Positions 26,398 to 35,918 of a stretch of DNA of 64,000 bases are shown one piece after another. The notes beneath the pieces are model-generated. The model made no database searches and was not told the DNA's origin. It worked only from the letters and a program-made list of their open reading frames with translations. Source of the stretch: an uncultured virus (IMG/VR IMGVR_UViG_3300023109_000008) (Duplodnaviria > Heunggongvirae > Uroviricota > Caudoviricetes); the IMG/VR virus record IMGVR_UViG_3300023109_000008, one strand, 5' to 3'. Numbering within the stretch: the first letter of the stretch is position 1; each line of letters starts with the position of its first letter. Position numbers and translations under genes: made by a program.

Positions 26398-28352
26398 TGG
26401 CAACGCCAACCCCAATCGTAGAACTGGATTTTGAGGCAGTCAAAACTCAGTTAAAATCATACCTAAGATCTCAAACCCAATTCAAAGACTACAACTTTGA
26501 AGGTTCGAACATGAGTGTCATGTTGGATGTCCTTGCATACAACACGTATCATAATAACTTCTACACCAACATGGCAGTCAACGAGATGTTCCTTGACACT
26601 GCAATGTTGCGTAACTCTGTCATCTCTCATTCAAAAGAACTTAATTATCTTCCTCGTTCTCGTAAATCTGCAAAGGCTGTTGTCAAACTACGCATAGACG
26701 ATCCTCAACAAACTATCACAGATCAAACTGTTGTTATTCCAACATACACCGAATTCACTTCCTCTTATTTGGGACAGTCTTTTAACTTCGTAACAGATCA
26801 AACATATATCGCTAAGAAAGTTGATGTTGGGTTATTCGAAACTGATAATATAGAAATCTTTGAAGGTGAGATGCTGCAATCATTTGAACGTGAAGGTTTC
26901 TTGATTGACGACAAAGGTGTCCTACGTGTCGCACTATCAAACGCAGAAGTCGACACAGACTCCATCGTTTGTTTCGTAGATGCAGAGGCGACAGAAGATC
27001 AAAACGTATTTACATATAGAACAAATATCTTTGGAGTGAGTGCACTGGATAAAGTGTTTTATCTAGAACCATACTTCGATAATCGATATAATATTTATTT
27101 TGGAAACAACATTTTTGGTTTGCAACCAACTGCATTCGAAGATGTTAAAGTCCGTTATAGAATTTGTTCTGCAGAAGAACCAAATGGTGCGAACGCATTC
27201 ACGACATCGTTTATAGCAGATACTCAAATCACTGTAACAACTATTCAACCTGCAGCGGGTGGTGCGGAAAGAGAAGGCATTGAGTCCATTCGTTTCAATG
27301 CGCCAAGAGCATTGCAGATTCAGGATCGTGCGATTACAACCAAAGATTATGAGATTCTTCTTAAACAACAGTTCCCAGAGATCTCTGCAGTTTCTGCATA
27401 TGGTGGTGATCAGTTAGATCCGCCACAGTTTGGTAAGGTTGCAATCTCTGTATACTTAAACGACAATGCACAGTTGATTTCTCAAACACTTGCAAACTCA
27501 TATATTTCTTTCCTAAAAGAAAGAACACCATTGACGATTGAACCATTCTTTGTGAAAACTGATTTCATCTATGCAGACATTGGCATTAATGTTTACTATA
27601 CGACTACTGAAACAGAAAAGTCTGCAGATCAAATTGAATCATTGGTTCGTGATAAAATCAAACTTCATTCCTCAACTAACTTGAATAAGTTTAATGCAGT
27701 ACTAAGACTATCTAAGTTGTCATCTGAAATAGATTCTATCGATACTTCAATTCAATCGAATGCGATTATTGCTAAACCTATTATTGAGTTCTCTCCTACT
27801 ATTAATATCGTTACTAATCCACGTTTCGTATTTGGAACTGAACTTATTAAACCATACGCATATTCAACAACAGAAGGGTTTACTAACTACAAACCTGCAA
27901 TCGTAAGTTCTATCTTTGATCAAAACGGTATCTGTGTATTCTTCCAAGACGATGGTAAAGGCAAAATTCAGATTGTCACTGATGATATTGCAAACCCACA
28001 AGTTGTAAATCCTTCCGCTGGTACAGTGAACTACGAAACTGGTGAGGTAAAACTAATTAACTTTGAAACAGAGAGTTACCCAGGCGCCTCTATTAAAATA
28101 TTTGCAAATACGCTACCAGATGATATTCGTGCACCAAACGGAAGAGTCTTCATACTTAAAGATGAAGATGTTCGTGTGAACGTTTATGTCGATGGGGTAA
28201 AAGCAAACTTGACCACTACAACAACGAACTCCATCACACCAACAGTTCCAGCAGGAGTTGATGTCCTTATTACAGGGACAGGTGCAGGTACAGGTCGATC
28301 AGGTGGCGCTGGTGGTGGGTATACCGATTATGGCGGAGGTTCGGGTTACTAA
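26397..28352 (+). CDS. gp6: Baseplate wedge subunit
   Basis: LDFE..K..LK.YL...F.DYNFEGS, LAYNTY, EMFLDTA and QDRAITTKDY. Confidence 0.93.
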   Translation: MATPTPIVELDFEAVKTQLKSYLRSQTQFKDYNFEGSNMSVMLDVLAYNTYHNNFYTNMAVNEMFLDTAMLRNSVISHSKELNYLPRSRKSAKAVVKLRIDDPQQTITDQTVVIPTYTEFTSSYLGQSFNFVTDQTYIAKKVDVGLFETDNIEIFEGEMLQSFEREGFLIDDKGVLRVALSNAEVDTDSIVCFVDAEATEDQNVFTYRTNIFGVSALDKVFYLEPYFDNRYNIYFGNNIFGLQPTAFEDVKVRYRICSAEEPNGANAFTTSFIADTQITVTTIQPAAGGAEREGIESIRFNAPRALQIQDRAITTKDYEILLKQQFPEISAVSAYGGDQLDPPQFGKVAISVYLNDNAQLISQTLANSYISFLKERTPLTIEPFFVKTDFIYADIGINVYYTTTETEKSADQIESLVRDKIKLHSSTNLNKFNAVLRLSKLSSEIDSIDTSIQSNAIIAKPIIEFSPTINIVTNPRFVFGTELIKPYAYSTTEGFTNYKPAIVSSIFDQNGICVFFQDDGKGKIQIVTDDIANPQVVNPSAGTVNYETGEVKLINFETESYPGASIKIFANTLPDDIRAPNGRVFILKDEDVRVNVYVDGVKANLTTTTTNSITPTVPAGVDVLITGTGAGTGRSGGAGGGYTDYGGGSGY

Positions 28353-31306
28353 TGGCCGATTACAATCAAGCAGAAATTCTTAAGAAAGTTTCTTTCTTCG
28401 TAGATGCTCAGTTCCCCGCTCTCTATAAAGAGTTCGGGCCTGAGTTGATTCAGCTTGTGCGAGACTATTATGAGTTCATGGAAACAGACACAAATCAGTC
28501 TGTTTACAATATAAGACGTATCTTCGAATATCGTGATGTATCTACTACGATCTCTAGTATGATAATTCACTTTCAAAGAATGTTCATGGCAGATCTTCCA
28601 TACAAGGAAGACCAAATTGTTTTTGTAATAAAAAACATCATGGACTTGTATCGTGCAAAGGGTACAGAACAAGGCATTGAACTCTTCTTCAGACTCTTCT
28701 ACAAAGAAGATATTGAAGTGTATTATCCCGCTCAAAAAATGTTTAAACCTTCGTCATCTAAATGGCGAACTGGGAACTTCTTGCAGATGTTCCCAACAAC
28801 CAATGAGTTTTTCTCAAAGACAAATGTCAAGTACACATATCTTGATCTGTTAGGTAGAAACATTACTGGTTCCACTTCTGGTGCGAAGTCATCCGTCAAC
28901 AAGATTAACTTTATTCTTCTCAACGGTATTATCACACCTATTATATACATCGATAACTTACAAGGCAACTACATTAAGTACGATGATGTTCTCACACAGA
29001 TTTCTGGTGAGACTGTTTCTTTTGGTAAGATCAACGGTTCACTTGTAGATCTTGATATCGATGACAAGTGGTCTCTTGCAACCACAGGAAACCAAGTCGG
29101 TGACATATTCGATGTGCAAGGCACATTTGGTGTCGGTGGACGTGCAATCGTCACAGAAGTATCTGATGAAATTACTGGTACAATTGCATACGAGTATATC
29201 GATGGTGGTTTTGGTTACACAGTAGAAAACGCAAGACTTCTTGTCAGTGATCAAGTGGTCATTCTTGACGCAGGGTCACGTGACACTGAATGGGATCTCG
29301 GCGAAACAATCGGTGATAGATTCGGTAACGAAGGTGTACTCACAGGTTTCAGTGAAATCGCCATTGGTGTAAAGATGAATGCAGGTGAGGATTTTGATGA
29401 AACTCAATCTCCTCAACTTCGTCGTAGAAACTTTGCAAACTCAGATATTTTCTGGACTGATATTACGAACAAGAACTCAAGTTCGCCAGGCCCTCTATAC
29501 CCAGATGGTACACCACCAGATGCAACCACACAGGTTGTGGCGGTAATTAACAACATTCAAAACATCTCGTTAATCACAGATCCTATTGCACCATTCCTCG
29601 CTGTCACACTCGATTCATCAAACTATAATGATGTTCCACCTGCAGGTCAACCAATGTCTGGTTCTGCAAACCCAGTGACAATTGCAACACCATTGAATCA
29701 AGCGTTTGACTTAACACCATTCAATATTGGTGCAATTGATATCTTTAAGAATATCGATCCAGGCGTTAACTACACGAACGATGTGTTTGCATTTCCACTT
29801 GATAGTCAAATGTTACAGTTTGATCGTAAAGATCAAATCATTCAATTGTCGAACCCTGCGGCTGCAGGTTCATTCAACATTGGTGAAAGAGTTATCGAAG
29901 CGAATACTGGAGTCGTTGGTAAGGTTCGTGGATCTAATACTCAAGTTGGATCTATTACTGTTACACCATATGCATATTATGGATTTTCAGGTACAAACAA
30001 TATTACCAGAGAAAACACAGACGTTTTCGCAATCTTGGGCGTTGAAACAGATTATAACTCTCAGTCATTTGGTGAGAACGCAGTCGTTGATACAGAGGTT
30101 GAATTTGCAACAGGTAAGATTAAGACTGCAAGGATCTTTAACTCTGGTCTAGGTTATTCTACTGGAGAAACAGGATACCTCGCAAACAATAACATCCTAT
30201 ATGCAAAGGGTACAATCACGGCAGACTCGCAGGGTGTAACTGAAGGTTATTGGGCGGACTTCAACTCACACTTGAATGGATATCGTGTTGATACCGCTAA
30301 CAACTATAACTACTTCGACTCTTCTATGAAGGTTCAAGACAGTGACTACTTCCAAGAGTATTCATACGAAGTTCGTAGTATGCTTGGAAAACCAGTTTAC
30401 GAAGACTTCCTTAGAGATACCATGCACACTGCAGGTACTAAGATGTTTGGTAAGTTTGCATATAACCGTAAGTTCGAAGTTGGGCCAACGGATACTGGTG
30501 TTAAACAGAGATTTATCCGTATCTTTAATGATGACGGTGAAACAACATCACCATTGGATATTGGTAACACTACAAACCTCACATCTGACTTCACTAACAT
30601 CTATGTCGATACAGAACTAGTCACTTCAGACAATGATTCGTCATTTGCTGGTGGTGGTACAATCTCTTACCAACTAGAAGTACAGGGTGGTGCAACGAGT
30701 GTGGATGAAGGTAGTTCACTTACGTTTGTCGTCACCACAACAAACTTCCCGAATGGGCCTCTATATTGGTCTATTCCAAATACTGGAGACTTCCAGTTCC
30801 AGAGTGGTAATGTCAACATGATGAACAACTCAGGTGCATTCCAGTTGACTCCTCTTGCAGATGGGGCGACAGAAGGTGCAGAAACATTTACCGTCACATT
30901 ACATACTGGATCTGGAGTAGGCCCAGTGGTGACAAGTGTTGGCCCTATCACAATTAATGATACAAGTCAAGGTACATTTACACCCGATTACACTATCAAC
31001 GTAACTACACCAATCTTTGATTATGTGTTTAACGGAACGCATGGTGGTGGTACTCTAACATCTGCAGCACAACCTGCACTAACATTTAGTGTCGGTGATA
31101 AAGTTCAATTTAATATCGATTCAAGTACACAAACAAGTCACCCATTCTATCTAAAAACTGTCCAAGGAAGTGGAACTGGAAATCAAATTTCTGGTGTTGT
31201 AGGTCAAGGTGGCGCAACACTTCAGTGGATTGTAGGTGGAACTGGAGTCTACTATTATCAGTGTGGTGTACATGGATCAATGAATAACACAATTACAGTA
31301 ACATAA
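28352..31306 (+). CDS. gp7: Baseplate wedge initiator gp7-like, with C-terminal Calx-beta-like and cupredoxin-like domains
   Basis: LYRAKGTE...LFFRLFY, QDSDYFQEYSY and H.AGTKMFG; synteny after gp6. Confidence 0.75.
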   Translation: MADYNQAEILKKVSFFVDAQFPALYKEFGPELIQLVRDYYEFMETDTNQSVYNIRRIFEYRDVSTTISSMIIHFQRMFMADLPYKEDQIVFVIKNIMDLYRAKGTEQGIELFFRLFYKEDIEVYYPAQKMFKPSSSKWRTGNFLQMFPTTNEFFSKTNVKYTYLDLLGRNITGSTSGAKSSVNKINFILLNGIITPIIYIDNLQGNYIKYDDVLTQISGETVSFGKINGSLVDLDIDDKWSLATTGNQVGDIFDVQGTFGVGGRAIVTEVSDEITGTIAYEYIDGGFGYTVENARLLVSDQVVILDAGSRDTEWDLGETIGDRFGNEGVLTGFSEIAIGVKMNAGEDFDETQSPQLRRRNFANSDIFWTDITNKNSSSPGPLYPDGTPPDATTQVVAVINNIQNISLITDPIAPFLAVTLDSSNYNDVPPAGQPMSGSANPVTIATPLNQAFDLTPFNIGAIDIFKNIDPGVNYTNDVFAFPLDSQMLQFDRKDQIIQLSNPAAAGSFNIGERVIEANTGVVGKVRGSNTQVGSITVTPYAYYGFSGTNNITRENTDVFAILGVETDYNSQSFGENAVVDTEVEFATGKIKTARIFNSGLGYSTGETGYLANNNILYAKGTITADSQGVTEGYWADFNSHLNGYRVDTANNYNYFDSSMKVQDSDYFQEYSYEVRSMLGKPVYEDFLRDTMHTAGTKMFGKFAYNRKFEVGPTDTGVKQRFIRIFNDDGETTSPLDIGNTTNLTSDFTNIYVDTELVTSDNDSSFAGGGTISYQLEVQGGATSVDEGSSLTFVVTTTNFPNGPLYWSIPNTGDFQFQSGNVNMMNNSGAFQLTPLADGATEGAETFTVTLHTGSGVGPVVTSVGPITINDTSQGTFTPDYTINVTTPIFDYVFNGTHGGGTLTSAAQPALTFSVGDKVQFNIDSSTQTSHPFYLKTVQGSGTGNQISGVVGQGGATLQWIVGGTGVYYYQCGVHGSMNNTITVT

Positions 31307-31336
31307 ATAATTTAAAAACACTTAGGAAGGTTTAAA

Positions 31337-32371
31337 ATGGCAAAGCAAGTTGTTGACATAGGTCAAGCGCCAAACGATGGTACTGGTGATCCGATACGTG
31401 TCGCCATGGACAAACTTAATGATAACTTCGATGAAGTTTATCGTGCAGTCGGTGGTGTCGGTTCACAGACTCTACTTAATATGGTTTCTAACAACGTCAT
31501 TCAAGTATTGAACACTTGGAACCCCATCTCATTTAAGATTGACACTCTCGCTGAACTCAATAATCTGAGCGCAAGTACGTATCATGGGTGCATTGCTCAT
31601 GTGCACGAAACAGGGGCAATGTATTACGCTCACGTCAATTGGAATAGACTCCTTTCAGACGCAAACACGTCAATCTCTGCATATGCAGATCCTTTGACTG
31701 ATATGGTCTATGCAAATAACCATACAAATACAGAAGTAGCGGATTATGTTCTCGCAACAAATGCAGATGGAACGTACACTTGGGTAGAACAATCTGCAGG
31801 CGGTGGTGGTTCATCAAATACATTTAGTTCTTTCGCTGTATCTGGTCAGACCTCTGTTGTTGCAGATTCGATCACTGATACATTGACTTTGGTTGCAGGT
31901 AGTAACATGACAATTACTACAGATGCGACTAATGACACAATCACGTTTGCATCTACAGGTGGTGGTAGTGGTAACTCAAGTCCTGGCTTTACACCAACAC
32001 GTATTAGTCAAGCTGTCACAACTTCATCCTTGCCAGATGGTTTCGATACTGATATTGCATTTGCAAACCTTGGTGCATCTTTCGCACTTTATAGTGTGAC
32101 AGTAGACAGAGCTGCAAGAGTAAGAGTTTATAAAGATGTTGCATCTCGTACTGCAGACGCAAGTCGTGCACAGGGTATAGACCCTGCAGAAGGTACAGGT
32201 GTAATTTTAGAATACGTTTCAAACAGTGCAAACACTATCGTGTTATCCCCTGCAGTGTTTGGTTTCATTGATAACAGTGAAACTACAATGCCTGTAAGAG
32301 TAACTAACATATCAGGTTCAACGTCAACTGTCGTGGTAACACTTACTGGACTTAAATTAGAGAACTTCTAA
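31337..32371 (+). CDS. Tail/baseplate fibre-like structural protein (gp9/gp10-like N-terminus)
   Basis: KQVVDIGQAPNDGTGDPIR.A..K.NDNF.EVY. Confidence 0.7.
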   Translation: MAKQVVDIGQAPNDGTGDPIRVAMDKLNDNFDEVYRAVGGVGSQTLLNMVSNNVIQVLNTWNPISFKIDTLAELNNLSASTYHGCIAHVHETGAMYYAHVNWNRLLSDANTSISAYADPLTDMVYANNHTNTEVADYVLATNADGTYTWVEQSAGGGGSSNTFSSFAVSGQTSVVADSITDTLTLVAGSNMTITTDATNDTITFASTGGGSGNSSPGFTPTRISQAVTTSSLPDGFDTDIAFANLGASFALYSVTVDRAARVRVYKDVASRTADASRAQGIDPAEGTGVILEYVSNSANTIVLSPAVFGFIDNSETTMPVRVTNISGSTSTVVVTLTGLKLENF

Positions 32372-34239
32372 TGAAACAAAGATATAACATCGTATTATCA
32401 GACTCGTCATTACAGGATCAAGTCCTGTCGGATGATTGTTGTGATATGGAAGTATATGATACACTTGATAATCTAGATGGTGTTGTAACACTATTGTTGA
32501 CTCCAGAAGAAGCGGAGAAACTTGAAGCATGTGTTCATATAACGGCAGTAGAACTAGAACTGCCAGTGGAAGACATGGCATATACTCCACGTACTGTTAC
32601 AAAAGAGATGCGTACAAAATACCAACCAAGTACTGGTGGTAATGGTGCTGACTATCATTCGACTATGTTTCACTTCAGTAGTAATCAGGTTATAAATGCA
32701 AACAGTGGCCCTGTCGGTTGGTTTGATGGTTCACCAAGTTTTGAAGACAACACTATTTCCAATCAACCTGTAGCGCAACATTATGCAGGCGAGTTTGTAG
32801 ATATCGTTGCAATCGAAGCAGGTACGCCTGTTTCTTCTAATGATTCACACGATCAACATCCAGACTTCTTAGACGATTCAGGTAATTCAAGATTCGTAAA
32901 GATGGATTGGGATAACCACAATGGTAGTATATCATCTGATAGTAATAGGCAAGTAACAAACGACACAGAATACTTTTCATCACATGCAATTGGTGTTCTG
33001 TCTGCAGCTGGTGGACTTGTTTGTGGATTTGCAAAAGTTTCTTCTTTAAGAGTCATCTATCTTTCTGATGGTATCACTACTGCGTATGATGCCGTAAGAA
33101 GTTGGCATATTTCAAAACCAGTCAACCCAGTCACTGGTGTACGTAATGCAACAATCACTACTGGTGCATGGGGATATTCTGGGGTAGACTTTACGGATGC
33201 ATATCCAGTTGACTCAATAACTGAAATACGTTCTTACGATAGTAACGGCAACGAGACTACCACTCCACGTCCAGTTGGTGGATGGTTGTCAGACTTATCT
33301 CCATTTGTCGATGCGAATATGGCTCCTCGTGTAATCGAAGATCCAGATGATAACACAAGAAAGTGGATGATCAGCGTGCCAAACGGATTTCGTGCAACTT
33401 CTTTTGATACCGCTCTTGGTAACTATGCAAGTACGCCAGGCATATATCATTTTAAGAGTGCAGGTAATTCTTCATACGTGGGCGCAGGCCCGACTGATCC
33501 GCAATATAATAATAGAATAACTATTGAAGCAGGAACTACGTATACAGAAATCAATTACAACGGTACATTCGGAACATATAGTTTTAGTTCTGAAACACAG
33601 ATTGTCCAAACGAACAAATACCCCTTACGTTCTTATGAAAACGGTGGAGACAATTATTACACCATCGGTGCATGTCAACACTCAGAAGCAAATCCATTAG
33701 GAGATGATTATTCTGCACGAGGCCCAATGATTGACCTTTGGGCAAATGGTGCATATACTTGGACTTCATATCCCACTAGCACATATCAAGACGGTAACTG
33801 GGGATACTTCTCAGGCACATCTTGTGCAGGGCCAGTCGCTGCAGGTGTTGCCACTATGCATGTTTGTTGGTTCTTTGACGTTTATGGCGAGTACCCATCC
33901 CACGATCAGTTGTTAGATATTTTAAGAAGAACTGCACAACCTGCCTTGGAATCAGAAGGTTTGATTGATTGGGACAACAGTCCACCAGCTGCAAACTATC
34001 CATCTAGTAGACTTTATTCATCTTCAAATGTGAATAGTATTGTCTCTGGTGATACTGCGAATGGTGGAGTAGATGTTTCAGATCTTTACGGATCTACAAC
34101 CAGACGTATTCATGTACCATCCTACATGTTATATAACACAAGTAATCAAGTGTCAAGCGAATTAAAAAGAAATTATCAGTATGTAAGTAGAGAGCCTACT
34201 AGAGTGCAATATCCTCGCAGAAAAATAGCTGTTGGATAA
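32371..34239 (+). CDS. Subtilisin-like (S8) serine protease
   Basis: SHAIGV (His), SAGN (oxyanion Asn) and FSGTSCAGP (Ser); the acid position reads VAIEAG. Confidence 0.8.
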   Translation: MKQRYNIVLSDSSLQDQVLSDDCCDMEVYDTLDNLDGVVTLLLTPEEAEKLEACVHITAVELELPVEDMAYTPRTVTKEMRTKYQPSTGGNGADYHSTMFHFSSNQVINANSGPVGWFDGSPSFEDNTISNQPVAQHYAGEFVDIVAIEAGTPVSSNDSHDQHPDFLDDSGNSRFVKMDWDNHNGSISSDSNRQVTNDTEYFSSHAIGVLSAAGGLVCGFAKVSSLRVIYLSDGITTAYDAVRSWHISKPVNPVTGVRNATITTGAWGYSGVDFTDAYPVDSITEIRSYDSNGNETTTPRPVGGWLSDLSPFVDANMAPRVIEDPDDNTRKWMISVPNGFRATSFDTALGNYASTPGIYHFKSAGNSSYVGAGPTDPQYNNRITIEAGTTYTEINYNGTFGTYSFSSETQIVQTNKYPLRSYENGGDNYYTIGACQHSEANPLGDDYSARGPMIDLWANGAYTWTSYPTSTYQDGNWGYFSGTSCAGPVAAGVATMHVCWFFDVYGEYPSHDQLLDILRRTAQPALESEGLIDWDNSPPAANYPSSRLYSSSNVNSIVSGDTANGGVDVSDLYGSTTRRIHVPSYMLYNTSNQVSSELKRNYQYVSREPTRVQYPRRKIAVG

Positions 34240-34275
34240 CACCATAAATATATTAGAAATGAGCAGAGAGAAATA

Positions 34276-35907
34276 ATGCCAGAGATCTTAACCACAAATT
34301 TTAAATCGGATTCCACAAGGTTGTTCGTAGAGGACATCCTCACCAATGACTATTATCTAATGGCATCTGGTATAGATCGTCTCGATTCTGAGAACTCAAG
34401 ATATGCAAAGAATGAGTTCTTAGAAAAAGTTTTGTTCGGCAAGAAAATATTCAACGACGATGTCCATTTCATGATCAAGTATTATCCTTGGCAAAGAGAT
34501 GAAGTATATACTCAGTACGATGACAAAATCGATTTAGAAGAAAAGAACTTCTATGCAGTTGTTTCACCAAACAACAACGATACTGGTGACTACAGAGTAT
34601 TCAAATGTCTTTACAATAATGAACAGGCAAAAGTTCAAGCGCCACCTGCATGGAATGCGAACAACGCCACTCAAATCTACCAGACTGCAGATGGTTACCT
34701 ATGGAAGTTCATATACTCTATGACTGCATTGGAGTTTGATGCGTATAACTCTTTGGGTTATGTTCCACTGATAGGTGACTTCGACACAGACCCAGTATCA
34801 AATACTGGTGGGTGTGAAGTTTCTGATATCTTTGTAGAGAATGCTATCGCAAACAGAGGATACACAAAGAAAGAGGGTTCTCTTTCCCAGTCTCCATATG
34901 GTAACGGACAAATCTTTGGTAGACCAGACGATGATACTATCGCTCAGATCTTCTTCTACTATTACGGACAAACACTTTACGTGACAAACCAAAACAATGG
35001 TGTGTCATTCCTATTTGATATCGAATACTATAACTACAACACAACAACAGGTGAAGTAGAGTTTCGTGTTGACAGGAACCCAGTACTTGCAGGCGTTTCC
35101 GCAAATGCAAGATGGCAGATCCTTCCAAAAATTAAAATCGAAGGTGATGGACAGGACGCTGAAGCAGTTCCAGTCCTCAACTCAGATGGTCAGATCACAT
35201 CCGTTACTCTATTGGATCGTGGTACAGGATATAATAATCTTCTCGCACGTGTTGTCGATCCTTTGTATGACTTCAATCCAAATGATCCAACTCGTACAGA
35301 TGAACGTGCAACACTTCGTGCTGTTCTTTCACCCCCAGACGGACATGGTACGAACTTGATTGATGAGTTCTATTGTAGACACTTTGGAATATATGCATAT
35401 ATAACAGGAGAAGACAATCTTTTAATTGGTGCAAATAACACCTACTCATCTGTTGGGGTCGTAAAAAATCCAGAATTCGTCTATCCTAACAATAGTATTA
35501 TTGATGCAAACAATACACCGTCAATATTTGACAATCGTATTGCGGTTACGACAGATGACATTGAATATGCTGCAATAAATGGAATTGTTACACAGGTTGA
35601 CGGTGCAAACGAAACCACATTTGGTGCAAAAGTACATGATATTGATTACTCAAGTAATACAATGTTCCTCGCAGAATATATGGGGCCATATCAGAATAAA
35701 GCTAACTCAAGTAACTCACTAGATTTAAATCTGAACTTTAGAAATTCTACAGGACAGATAATTAGGATAAATACACCTATAGCGAACAACGTAGTAATTC
35801 CATCTTACTCACAAAGGTCGGGAAAAATGTATTTCTTAGAGGACTTCTTTGCACTACCAAGAACAGAGAACTCCAGAGAAGAATTCAAATTTGTGATGGA
35901 ATTTTAA
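34276..35907 (+). CDS. gp8: Baseplate wedge subunit
   Basis: W....YTQYDD, YRVFKCLYN, DGYLWKFIY, SPPDGHG and EEFKFVMEF. Confidence 0.85.
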   Translation: MPEILTTNFKSDSTRLFVEDILTNDYYLMASGIDRLDSENSRYAKNEFLEKVLFGKKIFNDDVHFMIKYYPWQRDEVYTQYDDKIDLEEKNFYAVVSPNNNDTGDYRVFKCLYNNEQAKVQAPPAWNANNATQIYQTADGYLWKFIYSMTALEFDAYNSLGYVPLIGDFDTDPVSNTGGCEVSDIFVENAIANRGYTKKEGSLSQSPYGNGQIFGRPDDDTIAQIFFYYYGQTLYVTNQNNGVSFLFDIEYYNYNTTTGEVEFRVDRNPVLAGVSANARWQILPKIKIEGDGQDAEAVPVLNSDGQITSVTLLDRGTGYNNLLARVVDPLYDFNPNDPTRTDERATLRAVLSPPDGHGTNLIDEFYCRHFGIYAYITGEDNLLIGANNTYSSVGVVKNPEFVYPNNSIIDANNTPSIFDNRIAVTTDDIEYAAINGIVTQVDGANETTFGAKVHDIDYSSNTMFLAEYMGPYQNKANSSNSLDLNLNFRNSTGQIIRINTPIANNVVIPSYSQRSGKMYFLEDFFALPRTENSREEFKFVMEF

Positions 35908-35918
35908 GGAAAAGATAG

